From the NCBI GenBank assembly GCA_903912445.1, contig CAIWHP010000110.1, positions 15,612 to 79,611 on the forward strand: DNA of 64,000 bases. Direction: 5' to 3'. Positions 33,337 through 43,040 of this stretch are shown here, piece after piece (within the stretch, counting starts at the first letter, position 1; every line of letters begins with the position of its first letter). The position numbers were made by a program, and so were the translations under genes. Under the pieces are notes generated by a model. That model made no database searches, was not told the DNA's origin, and saw only the letters and a list, made by a program, of their open reading frames with translations. The stretch comes from an uncultured Lentisphaerota bacterium (GTDB taxonomy: Bacteria; Verrucomicrobiota; Kiritimatiellia; CAIQIC01).

Positions 33337-35454
33337 TCATTTCTCCGTCAAACTCCAAACGCCGTCCCAGGCGGCGGGCGGCGCGGCCTGCAACGCGCGG
33401 CACTGGGCGGCGTAGGCCCGGGAGGCCGGATCGTCCGGCAGCCGCTCGAACGCGGCCAGCGCCGCGGCGAAGTCGCCTGTGTAAAACTGCGCCAGCGCCT
33501 GCTCGAAGGCGGCGAAGTGCGCGGGGCGCGCCTCGCCGGCCAGACCGGCGAGCTCATAGACGCGCACCGGCGCCTTGCGCCCGACAACGCGCAGCCGGCC
33601 CAGCTCGCGGCCGATGAAGCTCCCGCCGCCCTGCTGCCAGGTGGTCTCGGAGACCATCAGGTAGGTGCCGAACGCCTTGTTCGCACCCTCGAGCCGCGAG
33701 GCGAGGTTCGCCGCGTCGCCGAGGATCGTGTAGTTGAAGCGCTCGCGCGAGCCCATGTTGCCGACGATGACCGCGCCGGTGTTGAGGCCGATGCGCGCCT
33801 TGACCACCGCGCCGGTGCGCTGCTCGAACTCCGGGCGCAGCTCCGCCAGCCGGCGCTGGCAGCGCAGCGCGGCGCGGCAGGCGCGCGCGGCGTGGTCGTC
33901 CTGCCCGAGCGGCGCATTCCAGAACGCGACGATCGCGTCGCCGATGTATTTGTCGAGGTAGCCGCCCTCCGCCTGGATGCACGCGCCCATCTCCGAGAGG
34001 TAGGCGTTGAGCAAGGCGGTCAGCGTCGGCGGATCGAGCCGCTCGGAGAAGCCGGAAAATTTCTCGATGTCGGAGAAGAAAATCGACAGTTCCCGCTTCT
34101 CGCCGCCGAGCTGGAGCTTGCCGGGGTCGGCGATGATCTGCTCGATGACCTCCGGGCCGAGGTAGTATTTGAACGCCGACTTGATGAACGCCTTCTGCCG
34201 GCCTTCCGTGGCGTAGTTGACGACGACCGCGCCGATGAGGGTCAGCGCCACGGCGACCACGCCCGGAGCGACCGGCCACCACCAGCCCGCCAGGTAGCCG
34301 GCGAACCCGAGCCCGATGGCGAGCGCGAGGAACACCACGAACCCCAGCACGGTCTGCCACGAGTTGCGGCTGAAACGCCCCGCGAAGCCGGCACCCAGCG
34401 CGAGCAGCAGGGTGGCGAGGACCGTGGCGACATCCGGCAATTCCCGCAGGAATGTCCGCGACAACAGGTTGTCGAGCGCCGTCGCGTGGACCAAGACGCC
34501 GGGATAGACCTTGCTCATGGGCGTCGGCCGCAGGTCGAGCAAGCCCGGCGCGCTGAAGCCGAAGAGGGCGTAGCAGTCCTTGAGCGCGGCCGGTTCGATG
34601 GTCGGTTTTTTGCCTTCGCGCAGCAACAACTCGGAACGGATGATCTCCCGGACGTTGAAGGTCTGATGCGTGCCCGGCGTGCCGACAAAGCGCAGGATGG
34701 CGCGGCCGCGCTTATCGATCGGGAAACGCTGACCGTCGATGGTCAGCCAGCCCGGCGCAAGGGCGAGCCGGGCCTGCGGTTGGCCGGCCAGATAGGCGGC
34801 CAGGCCGAGCGAGGGCACGACATGGCCCGCGAACTCGCGCACAAGTGTCGCATGCCGATAAACACCGTCGAAAGAGGGCACGCCGTTGACATCGGCCAGC
34901 AGGGTCGCGTTGGTGGCGACGGCGGCGATGGGAAAGCTGGCGCGCGGCGCGCTTTTCAAGGCCTTGGAAAAACGGAGGGCATCCTGGTCCACGGTTTGAA
35001 AAGCCGGCAGCTTGAGCGGTACGGCAGCAGGCCAGTTGGTATACTCACCCTGCTCCTCGCCAAGGAAGGCGGCGCCGACAAAGGGCGCGCCGCGCCGGAT
35101 GGCGTCGCCCAGCGCCTGGTCATCGTTCACGCCCCAGCCGCTCGGCTCCGTAAAGAGCACATCGAACGCGACCGCCTTCGCGCCGGCGCGCTTGCAGAAG
35201 TCGAGCACGACACCATACGCCTCGCGCGGCCAAGGCCAGGTCCAGCTGTTCTCGTTCTTGCCCCAGTCCAAGCTGGGTTGATCGAGCAGGATCACCTTGA
35301 TCTGCCCGGTGGCAGGCGAGGGTTTGGCGAGGGCTCGGACGCGTGCCAGCCAGGCGGAATTTTCCAGCCAGTGCAACTGGCCACCCAACGACAGCGCCAG
35401 CGCGACAAGCGCGCCGCCGAGGCCGAGCAACACAGCATGGAGGAGCTTTTTCAA
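33337..35454 (-). CDS. CHASE2-sensor class III adenylate/guanylate cyclase
   Basis: N-terminal signal/TM plus an extracytoplasmic CHASE2-like region and 3-4 TM helices. Cyclase core: LSIFFSDIEKFSGFSE...YLDKYIGDAIVAFWNAP...RIGLNTGAVIVGNMGS..RFNYTILGDAANLASRLEG. Confidence 0.9.
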   Translation of the reverse strand: MKKLLHAVLLGLGGALVALALSLGGQLHWLENSAWLARVRALAKPSPATGQIKVILLDQPSLDWGKNENSWTWPWPREAYGVVLDFCKRAGAKAVAFDVLFTEPSGWGVNDDQALGDAIRRGAPFVGAAFLGEEQGEYTNWPAAVPLKLPAFQTVDQDALRFSKALKSAPRASFPIAAVATNATLLADVNGVPSFDGVYRHATLVREFAGHVVPSLGLAAYLAGQPQARLALAPGWLTIDGQRFPIDKRGRAILRFVGTPGTHQTFNVREIIRSELLLREGKKPTIEPAALKDCYALFGFSAPGLLDLRPTPMSKVYPGVLVHATALDNLLSRTFLRELPDVATVLATLLLALGAGFAGRFSRNSWQTVLGFVVFLALAIGLGFAGYLAGWWWPVAPGVVAVALTLIGAVVVNYATEGRQKAFIKSAFKYYLGPEVIEQIIADPGKLQLGGEKRELSIFFSDIEKFSGFSERLDPPTLTALLNAYLSEMGACIQAEGGYLDKYIGDAIVAFWNAPLGQDDHAARACRAALRCQRRLAELRPEFEQRTGAVVKARIGLNTGAVIVGNMGSRERFNYTILGDAANLASRLEGANKAFGTYLMVSETTWQQGGGSFIGRELGRLRVVGRKAPVRVYELAGLAGEARPAHFAAFEQALAQFYTGDFAAALAAFERLPDDPASRAYAAQCRALQAAPPAAWDGVWSLTEK

Positions 35455-35642
35455 GGCAGGGTTAAGGGAGCATGATTAAGAGTTGAGGGAGGATGGTTGA
35501 GGGCCCAAGACGGCAAAGGATAAGCGATGAAAAAGAACAACACGTTACGCGCTTGTGAGCTTGCAGGCATTCCTCTTCCCTCAACCATCCACCCTCCACC
35601 TGTCTTTGTTCACCAGCCACCATCCACCATTAACCCTGTTCT

Positions 35643-36563
35643 TCAGGCCCCTGCCAGCGCCCGGGTGAAGCGCGCCTGGCGCACGGCCGGCTCCGCGAGC
35701 GGCGCGGGCGTGCCGATGGCGCTGCCGGCCTCCTGGATGCGCTTCTCCGGGTCGGGATGCGTCTTGCCGAAGCCGGCGCTGCCCGGCGGCATGTGTTGCT
35801 TCATCTGGCCGAGCATGTCGAGCAGGCCGGCGGGATTGTAGCCCACGCGCTTCATGATCTTAACGGCGGAGGCATCGGCCTGATATTCGAGCGAGCTGGC
35901 ATAGCCCTTGTTGACCAGCGAGCTGGTGACATCGCTGATGCTGCCCTCGAACGCCTTGGTGACATCGGAGAGGTTCTGGCCGCCGAGGTTCTTGCCCGCC
36001 TCGAGCGCGAGGATCGTCAGCGCGCCGGTCAGGCGGCTGCCCTTGATGGCCTTGAGGCCGTGCTGCTGCTCGACGTGGCCGACCTCGTGGGCCAGCACGG
36101 CGGCGAGCGCGTCCTCGTTCCGGCAGCAGCGGAGCAGGCCGCGCGAAACCATCACGAACCCGCCGGGCGCGCTGAACGCATTGATCTCAGGGGTGTCCAT
36201 GATGATGAAGTGGTAGCCTCCGAACGTCTCCGGCTTGTCGGAGGCGAGCGCCAGCGTCTGGCCCAGCACATTGACGTAGTGCGTGGCGGCCTCGTTGTCG
36301 TAGGGCTTGTAGCTCGTCAGGATTGTCGCGGCCACGGAACGCCCGATGTAGTACTCCTGCTCCGGCGTGATGTCTTTGAACGTCTTCTCCACCGCCTCCG
36401 CACTGCGGTTGAGGGAATCCGCCTGGTCCTTGCTGATCGTCCCCGTCGCCTGCAGCACCCCGGTCGTAACCTTCGTGATCGTCGTGCAGCCCGCCAGCAC
36501 GATCACAAATGAAAGCAACGCCGTGAAAGCCTGCCACTGGAAATTGGTAGCCGGTGACTTCAC
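35643..36563 (-). CDS. M48-family Zn metallopeptidase lipoprotein
   Basis: Lipobox VLAGC. HEVGHVEQQH (HExxH). Ends with a short TPR-less tail. Confidence 0.85.
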   Translation of the reverse strand: MKSPATNFQWQAFTALLSFVIVLAGCTTITKVTTGVLQATGTISKDQADSLNRSAEAVEKTFKDITPEQEYYIGRSVAATILTSYKPYDNEAATHYVNVLGQTLALASDKPETFGGYHFIIMDTPEINAFSAPGGFVMVSRGLLRCCRNEDALAAVLAHEVGHVEQQHGLKAIKGSRLTGALTILALEAGKNLGGQNLSDVTKAFEGSISDVTSSLVNKGYASSLEYQADASAVKIMKRVGYNPAGLLDMLGQMKQHMPPGSAGFGKTHPDPEKRIQEAGSAIGTPAPLAEPAVRQARFTRALAGA

Positions 36564-37039
36564 TTGGCACCTCCCGGCGCCGGCTTGACGTGGCCATCGT
36601 CGAGGAACTTCTGCATCTCCTGCGGTGCGATCTTGAGCTTCGCCATCCGATCCACCACGGCGAAGTTCACGGTCGGATTCTGCTTCTTGAACTCCTTCTC
36701 GACATCGGAATTGAACCCCTTGCCCGCCAGCGCCAGCTCGTCGCTGGAGGCGCCGCTGGCACCACCGGCGCCGGCGGTCAGGACGATTTTCTTCTTCGTC
36801 AGCGAGGCCGCGCTCATCCAGCCCTTCTGGCCTGCCGCGGTCTGCACCTGCATCCAGCCGTTCTGGACCGGCTGCGCCTCGACCGCAGCGCCATACGGCA
36901 GCTTGGCCACGACGGCGCCCAGAAACGACGGCGTCGCGCGCACCTGCCCGTCCTGCACCTGCACACTCATCCGCTCGGCCAGCGCCACGCCCGCGAGCGC
37001 GCAGACGCCGAGCACCGAACCCAGGATCAGTCTTCTCAT
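36560..37039 (-). CDS. Secreted bacterial SH3-domain protein
   Basis: Only the last 160 codons of the 786-aa ORF are credible: signal peptide MRRLILGSVLGVCALAGVALA, then an SH3-like segment VRATPSFLGAVVAKLPYGAAVEAQPVQNGWMQVQTAAGQKGWM. 4-nt overlap with the M48 gene. Confidence 0.6.
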   Translation of the reverse strand: MRRLILGSVLGVCALAGVALAERMSVQVQDGQVRATPSFLGAVVAKLPYGAAVEAQPVQNGWMQVQTAAGQKGWMSAASLTKKKIVLTAGAGGASGASSDELALAGKGFNSDVEKEFKKQNPTVNFAVVDRMAKLKIAPQEMQKFLDDGHVKPAPGGAK

Positions 37040-37168
37040 GGTTGCTCCCCTTAGTTGGCTGGCGGTAAGTATCACCGCACAGGCCGGAAAATCAATCCTT
37101 CTTGCGCGCCTGTAACCTTTCGCCGCACGACGGTGTATGATCAGTGCCGCCCCTGACGGACGGCCACC

Positions 37169-38611
37169 ATGAAAACTGTATTTCGGGCTTGGATGGGATT
37201 GCTGCTGACGGCCAGCCTGGCCGGCGCAGCCGACGTGCCGTGGGCGGATGCCGAGGCGCGGCTGCGCGTCGTGCTGCAGCTCGCCCGCGAGAAGAACGAC
37301 CGGTCGCTGGTGGAGCGGGTGGCCGCCGCCCAGCGCGAGGTGCGGCGGCGGACGGCCGCAGCCGAGGAAACGGTGCGGGCGCTGGAGCGCGCGGTCGGCG
37401 TCGATCCCGGCGGCTGGAGCATGCACGGGCTGAAGATTTTCCGGCCGACGCCGGAGCTCCAAGCCCGGCGCGACACCCTTAACCGCGCGCTGGCCGCAGC
37501 GATGACCAACGATGCCGGCGCGGTGCAGGCGGCCTGTGCCGGGTTGCGCGCGGCGCTCGGCGAGCAGGCCGGCCTGCCCGATGCGCGGCGCGCGGGCGAG
37601 CGGGCCCTGCCCCACCCCCTCAGCCAGGCCGACGCGGTGCAGCTCTTCCTGGGCGCGCTGGCGTCCGAACCGAAAGGCGTGCGCGAGATCTGCGCGGGAC
37701 GCACGGTCGGCCACAACATGCTGCGCTTCTATGCCGACATCCTCCAGGGCGCCTGCGAAGCGCGGCCCGCCGTGCAAGCCGTCCACCCGGAGCAACTGCC
37801 GGAGCTGGACCGGCTGATCGCCGGGGCGTGCGGCATCCTGCTGCGCCATCAGCAGCCGGACGGTCTGTTTCCTTTCCCCGACCTGCGCGGCCAGAACCTC
37901 CGCTTCGGCGAGATGATCGCCCACCAGGTGGCCAGCCGCCCGGACGCCGTCAAGGATGGCTGGCTGGTACTGGCGGATCCCGACGGCGGCACCCAGTTCG
38001 ACACCGGCGTCTGCGGCAGCGCGCTGCTGGCGGCCGGCGCGGCCTTCCGGCGCGCGGACTGGACGGCGGCCGGGCTGCGCGCCGCCGACTGGGCCCTCGC
38101 CCAGCGCTGTGTGCCCAATTTCAACTACAATGCTTTTTCGGTCGGCCTGCTGGCGCACGCGTTCCAGGCCACCGGCGACACGCGCTACCTGGCGGGCGCC
38201 ATCCACAAAGCCGAAGTCGGGGTCCTGCCGGGCCAGGCGCCGAACGGCCGCTGGCTCGACCCGCACAACGCGCGCACGGTCTATCACCTCATCATCCTGC
38301 GCGCCCTGCACGACCTCTGGGCCGCGCTGCCGGCGGAGCGGGAGACCGAACGGGCCGCCATCGCACTTGCCGCAGGCAAGGCCGCCGGCGCGCTGCTGGA
38401 CGAGTTCGCAACGGCAGGCGTCACCACCAGCGCGCTGCGCGAGCTGCAGCGGCAGGCCGCCTTGCATCCGCGAGCCGACACCCGCCTGCCCGCGCTGCTC
38501 GAGCTCAACCGCGCCGTGATCCAGCAGAAATGCCGGCGCGACGGGCGCTTCAAGCTTGGCGTGGCGCTCACGGAACTGGCGGCGCTGACCGCCCCGCCCG
38601 CCGCGCGCTGA
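37169..38611 (+). CDS. Secreted hypothetical protein, alpha/alpha-toroid-like repeats
   Basis: Signal peptide MKTVFRAWMGLLLTASLAGA. Helical repeat sequence. No confident family. Confidence 0.5.
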   Translation: MKTVFRAWMGLLLTASLAGAADVPWADAEARLRVVLQLAREKNDRSLVERVAAAQREVRRRTAAAEETVRALERAVGVDPGGWSMHGLKIFRPTPELQARRDTLNRALAAAMTNDAGAVQAACAGLRAALGEQAGLPDARRAGERALPHPLSQADAVQLFLGALASEPKGVREICAGRTVGHNMLRFYADILQGACEARPAVQAVHPEQLPELDRLIAGACGILLRHQQPDGLFPFPDLRGQNLRFGEMIAHQVASRPDAVKDGWLVLADPDGGTQFDTGVCGSALLAAGAAFRRADWTAAGLRAADWALAQRCVPNFNYNAFSVGLLAHAFQATGDTRYLAGAIHKAEVGVLPGQAPNGRWLDPHNARTVYHLIILRALHDLWAALPAERETERAAIALAAGKAAGALLDEFATAGVTTSALRELQRQAALHPRADTRLPALLELNRAVIQQKCRRDGRFKLGVALTELAALTAPPAAR

Positions 38612-38864
38612 AGCCGCTTTGCATAAACCGCGCCCGGCGTCCGGCGCCCGCCCAGCGCGCCAAGGGCGGTTCCACCTCCAACTTTTTTCCGCAAATTCAA
38701 AAAACAACGTTGCTTTTTTTCGAGGTCCGGAAAATAAGTAGCGGTACCGGGTGCGGCAACCTGTCCGGGTGCACGGGTCCGCTTCTGCCGCGGAGCGGCG
38801 AATAAATCTGCGTGCGAGAAAAAATAAAGTTTCGAATGCAACGTTCTCACAAGCGAGGTAAGCC

Positions 38865-40715
38865 GTGTTGAATAAAATGATGACAGCTGCGGTGGTCGGA
38901 ACAGCGCTGGCGAGTCTCACCGCCGGCGCCGGTTGGTTTGGCCTGGGGGCGCCGCGTTACCTCTCGCCAACCCTCGTGGTCCCTTCCGGCGAAAAGAATG
39001 CCGTCTTCGTCACGGAGTTCGGCGCCAGCCGGATCGTCGAAACGGATATCGTCGCCGGCAAAGAGCGGCGCGTCATCAAGACCGCCTTGCCGCCGACCGG
39101 CCTGGCGTGCGATGCCCAGCACCAGCTCCTCTTCGTGACCACCGATGGGCCGGACGGCCAGGTGCTCGCCTTCGAGCTCGCCTCCGGCCGCCAGGCCTTC
39201 GCGCTCGCCGCCGGCCATACGCCGATGGCGCCCGTGCCCACCGCCGACGGCAAGACGCTGTTCGTCTGCTATCGCTTCAACAACGTGGTCGCCGTCTTCG
39301 ATCTCGCCGCCCGGAAGGAAAGCGCCCGGATCGCCGTGCCGCACGAGCCGGTCGCCGCCGCGCTGACGCCGGACGGCCGCCTGCTGGCGGTGGCCAACCA
39401 TCTGCCGGCCGCGCCGGCGAGCGGCGACTATGTGGCGGCGCAGGTCACCCTGATCGACCCGGCCACCAGGACCGTCGTCGCCAATGTCACGCTCCCCAAC
39501 GGCTCGACCAGCCTGCGCGGGCTCTGCATCTCGCCCGACGGGCGCTTTGCCTACGTCACCCACACGCTGGGCCGCTATCAATTGCCGACGACGCAGCTGG
39601 AGCGCGGCTGGATGAACACCGCCGGCCTGTCCATCATTGACCTGGCCGCCCGCAAGCTGCTGACGACGGTGCTGCTCGACGACGTGGACCTGGGCGCCGC
39701 AAACCCGTGGGGCATCGCGGTCACCGCCGACGGCCGCTGGCTCGCGGTAGCGCACTCCGGCACACACGAGGTCAGCGTGATCGACCGCGCCGGCATGCAT
39801 ACCAAGCTCGACGCGATCGCGGCGGGCAAGAAGGTCTCCAACGTCTCCAACACCTTGGAGGATGTGCCGAACGACCTCAGCTTCCTCGTGGACCTGCGGC
39901 GGCGGATCAAGCTCGCCGGCAACGGCCCGCGCGGGCTGGCGATCCTCGGCAACGACGCCGTGACGGCCCAATATTTCTCCGACGACCTCGCGGTGGTGGC
40001 GCTCGACCCGGCGGTGCCCCACCCCGCCCGCAGCGTGACCCTCGGCCCGCGCGCCGCGCTCTCCACGGAGCGCAAAGGCGAAAAGTATTTCCATGATGCG
40101 CACTTCTGCTTCCAGCAATGGCAGAGCTGTGCGAGCTGCCATCCCGACAGCCGCGCCGACGGACTCAACTGGGACCTGCTGAACGACGGCATCGGCAACC
40201 CGAAGAACACCAAGAACATGCTGCTGACCCACACGACGCCGCCCTCGATGAGTCTCGGGGTCCGCGAGGGGGCCGAGGCCGCGGTGCGCGCCGGCCTCAA
40301 GTTCATCCAGTTCGCCGTGCGGCCGGAAGAGGACTCACAGGCGATGGACGAATACCTCAAATCCATGACACCGGTGCCCAGCCCGTTCCTCGTCAACGGC
40401 AAGCTCAGCCCGGCGGCGAAGCGCGGCGAAAAGGTCTTCAAGCAGGCGGGTTGCAGCACCTGCCACCCCGCGCCGCTGTTCACCAATTTGCAGGAGTATG
40501 ACCTCGGCCTCGCCAAGGGCATGGACGCGGGCAAGCCGTACGATACGCCGACACTCATCGAGTGCTGGCGCACCGCACCCTATCTCTACGACGGCCGCGC
40601 TTATACGATGAAGGAAGTGCTGACCACTTGTAATCCCAACGACAAACATGGCGTCACATCCAAGCTGGCGCCCGCAGAGTTGGACGACCTCATCGCCTAC
40701 ATACTTTCCCTATGA
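38865..40715 (+). CDS. Beta-propeller (YVTN/lactonase-like repeats) fused to a di-haem cytochrome c peroxidase-like domain
   Basis: Repeated LF(V/A)..... propeller strands. Two CxxCH haem motifs (CASCHPD, CSTCHPA). Confidence 0.7.
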   Translation: MLNKMMTAAVVGTALASLTAGAGWFGLGAPRYLSPTLVVPSGEKNAVFVTEFGASRIVETDIVAGKERRVIKTALPPTGLACDAQHQLLFVTTDGPDGQVLAFELASGRQAFALAAGHTPMAPVPTADGKTLFVCYRFNNVVAVFDLAARKESARIAVPHEPVAAALTPDGRLLAVANHLPAAPASGDYVAAQVTLIDPATRTVVANVTLPNGSTSLRGLCISPDGRFAYVTHTLGRYQLPTTQLERGWMNTAGLSIIDLAARKLLTTVLLDDVDLGAANPWGIAVTADGRWLAVAHSGTHEVSVIDRAGMHTKLDAIAAGKKVSNVSNTLEDVPNDLSFLVDLRRRIKLAGNGPRGLAILGNDAVTAQYFSDDLAVVALDPAVPHPARSVTLGPRAALSTERKGEKYFHDAHFCFQQWQSCASCHPDSRADGLNWDLLNDGIGNPKNTKNMLLTHTTPPSMSLGVREGAEAAVRAGLKFIQFAVRPEEDSQAMDEYLKSMTPVPSPFLVNGKLSPAAKRGEKVFKQAGCSTCHPAPLFTNLQEYDLGLAKGMDAGKPYDTPTLIECWRTAPYLYDGRAYTMKEVLTTCNPNDKHGVTSKLAPAELDDLIAYILSL

Positions 40716-41851
40716 AAATCACCCGACAACACTCTGCAACCGGCGACGTTGTGACGCTCGAGCGCGGCGCGCTGCGCGAACGCTACATCACCGGGCGCCA
40801 CAGCGGCGCCAACGCGCTCGCCATCTTCAACGACTTCCCGCCGGCCTCCGGCAACATCGCCATGCAGCTCGTCTTCGGCGGCTGCGGGTTCCACGACGCC
40901 GCGCGCGCCAAGATGGCCGGCGCGGGCTGGCCGCTGCTCTGGGTCCAGGGCGACGTCTGTTCCGGCTCGCACGTGGCGGGCCTGCAGGCCTTCGTGCTCG
41001 ATGGCATCCCCGTCCAGCGCATCCACCTGGAAAACGGCGTGGTCGGCACCATGTGGTCCGATGACGATGCCGACTACTGCCTGCTCGCCGGGATCCTGCC
41101 CCTCGATGTGAAGGCCGACCGCTACCAGCAGACGCGCGAGTGCTTCGAGCGCATCGAGGCGGGCGTGAAAAAGGCCGGGATGGATTTCAGCCACGTTGTC
41201 CGGACGTGGTTCTTCCTCGACCACCTGCTGGACTGGTACGACGTGTTCAACAAGGCCCGCACCACCTTCTTCAACGAACGCGGGGTGTTCGAGCACCTGG
41301 TCCCCGCCAGCACCGGCATCGGCGCGGGCAACCCGGCCGGCGCCGCCCTCTCCTGCGGTGCCCTCGCGATCCGGCCGAAGCAGGGCCAGGTCAGCATTGA
41401 GGAAGTCTGCTCGCCCCTGCAGTGCCCGGCCACCGCCTACCGCAGCTCCTTCGCCCGCGCCGTCGAGATCGGCTATCCCGACCGCCGCCAGCTGATCATC
41501 TCCGGCACCGCCAGCATCGCGCCCGAAGGCGAGACCCTGTACGAAGGCGATGTGGTCAAGCAGATCCACCTGACCTTGGACGTGATCGAGGCGATCCTCA
41601 AATCGCGCGGCATGGACTGGCCGGACACCGTCCGCGCCGTCGGCTACTTCCACGACATCACCGAACTGCCCCAGTTCAACGAGTGCCTGCGCGCCCGCGG
41701 CATCGCCCAGTTCCCCATGGCCCCGGCGCACGCCACGGTCTGCCGGCACGACCTGCTCTTCGAGATGGAGCTCGACGCCATCGTGCCCGCAGATAAGCAA
41801 ACTTCCTGTCGGCCCTGTTCTTGCGGGGCAAAGCAACCGTTGGCCGTGTAA
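40712..41851 (+). CDS. RidA/YjgF-fold protein, FkbO/Hyg5 chorismatase-like
   Basis: VVRTWFFLDHLLDWYDVFNKARTTFF and the C-terminal RidA-like LIISGTASIAPEGETLYEGDVVKQIHLTLDVIEAIL. ATGA overlap with the upstream gene. Confidence 0.45.
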   Translation: MKITRQHSATGDVVTLERGALRERYITGRHSGANALAIFNDFPPASGNIAMQLVFGGCGFHDAARAKMAGAGWPLLWVQGDVCSGSHVAGLQAFVLDGIPVQRIHLENGVVGTMWSDDDADYCLLAGILPLDVKADRYQQTRECFERIEAGVKKAGMDFSHVVRTWFFLDHLLDWYDVFNKARTTFFNERGVFEHLVPASTGIGAGNPAGAALSCGALAIRPKQGQVSIEEVCSPLQCPATAYRSSFARAVEIGYPDRRQLIISGTASIAPEGETLYEGDVVKQIHLTLDVIEAILKSRGMDWPDTVRAVGYFHDITELPQFNECLRARGIAQFPMAPAHATVCRHDLLFEMELDAIVPADKQTSCRPCSCGAKQPLAV

Positions 41852-42019
41852 CAGCAGCTCTGTCGTTTATGCGCGGGCAGGGTTGCTATCCGGACCACAT
41901 CCGTCTGCCACGGTGCAGCCGGGCTCGTTGATCCCGGCCGAACCCCACCCGCTGGCGCCGGGACCGGCGCCCCGGCCACAGCGAAGCGAGCCATACAACG
42001 GGAAACTGGCGCGTTGACA

Positions 42020-42070
42020 TTTTCCAAGGATTGGAAAAAAGTGCCTGCGGCTTTTCCAACCCTTGGGAAA
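42020..42070. repeat. Pair of TTCCAA...TTGGAA palindromes
   Basis: ttttccaaggattggaaaaaa (42020-42040) and ttttccaacccttgggaaa (42052-42070). Centres are about 32 bp apart, and the pair ends 17 bp upstream of the ATG at 42087. Confidence 0.75.
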
Positions 42071-42086
42071 CCCTTTGGAGCAATAC

Positions 42087-43010
42087 ATGACGATGCGAGG
42101 ACTGTGGCTGCTGGCGGCGCTGGCCGCGACGTGGGTGCGCGCGGAAACCAACGACGTGCTCCAGCTCTGGCCCGGCATCGCACCCGGTGCAGAGAAATGG
42201 GCGCAGCAGCAGTTCGCCGACGAAAGCCTCGTCCGCCCCACCCTGACGCTGTTCCTGCCGCCGAAAGAAAAAGCCAACGGGGCGGCGGTTTTGATTCTGC
42301 CCGGCGGCGGCTATGCGAACTGCATGTTCACCTACGAGGGCTACGACATCGCCCGCTGGTTCAACGAGCGCGGCATCGCCGGCTTCGTGCTGCGCTATCG
42401 CCGCCCGGTCATGGGCCAGAAGCGCCTCTATGACCACACCATCCCCGCGCTCGATGCCCGCCGCGCGCTGCGCCTGATCCGCCACCGCGCCGCCGAGTGG
42501 GGCGTCCAGCCGCAGCAGGTCGGCGTCATCGGCTTCTCCGCCGGAGGGCATCTGGCCGGCACGCTCGACGTGCATTTCGACGCCGCCCCCCGGGCCGCCA
42601 ACGCCGACCCGGTCGAAGCGGAAAACGCGCGCCCGGACTTCGCCGTGCTCGTCTATGCGGTGCTCAACATGAACGACGAGGCGATCATGCACGCGGGCTC
42701 GAAGAAAAACCTGCTGGGCGAGGCCGCCGCCGACCCGCAGCTCTCCGCCTATTATTCCTGCGAGCAGCAGGTGACGAGCAACACGCCGCCGACCTTCCTC
42801 GTCACCGCCGCCGACGACCCGACGGTCAAGGCGGAGAACAGCATCCGCATGTACCAGGCGCTGAAGAAGAACCATGTGCCGGCGGAGCTGCACATCTTTG
42901 AAAAAGGCGGGCACGGCTTCGGGATGAGGAATCCCGGCAAGACCGTGACGCAACAGTGGCCGGGCCAGCTCGAAGCCTGGCTGCGCGACCACAGCTTCAT
43001 GGCCAAGTGA
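42087..43010 (+). CDS. Secreted alpha/beta-hydrolase esterase
   Basis: Signal peptide MTMRGLWLLAALAATWVRA. LILPGGGY oxyanion region. GFSAGGHLA nucleophile elbow. Confidence 0.7.
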   Translation: MTMRGLWLLAALAATWVRAETNDVLQLWPGIAPGAEKWAQQQFADESLVRPTLTLFLPPKEKANGAAVLILPGGGYANCMFTYEGYDIARWFNERGIAGFVLRYRRPVMGQKRLYDHTIPALDARRALRLIRHRAAEWGVQPQQVGVIGFSAGGHLAGTLDVHFDAAPRAANADPVEAENARPDFAVLVYAVLNMNDEAIMHAGSKKNLLGEAAADPQLSAYYSCEQQVTSNTPPTFLVTAADDPTVKAENSIRMYQALKKNHVPAELHIFEKGGHGFGMRNPGKTVTQQWPGQLEAWLRDHSFMAK

Positions 43011-43040
43011 TCCCAACCTGAAAAGAGACAAGGAACGAAT

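Noticed and set aside
37040-38920. Upstream 626 codons of the 786-aa minus-strand ORF 36560..38920.
   Set aside because: It lies antisense to the well-formed plus-strand gene 37169..38611. Only the last 160 codons (signal peptide + SH3-like domain) look like a real protein.
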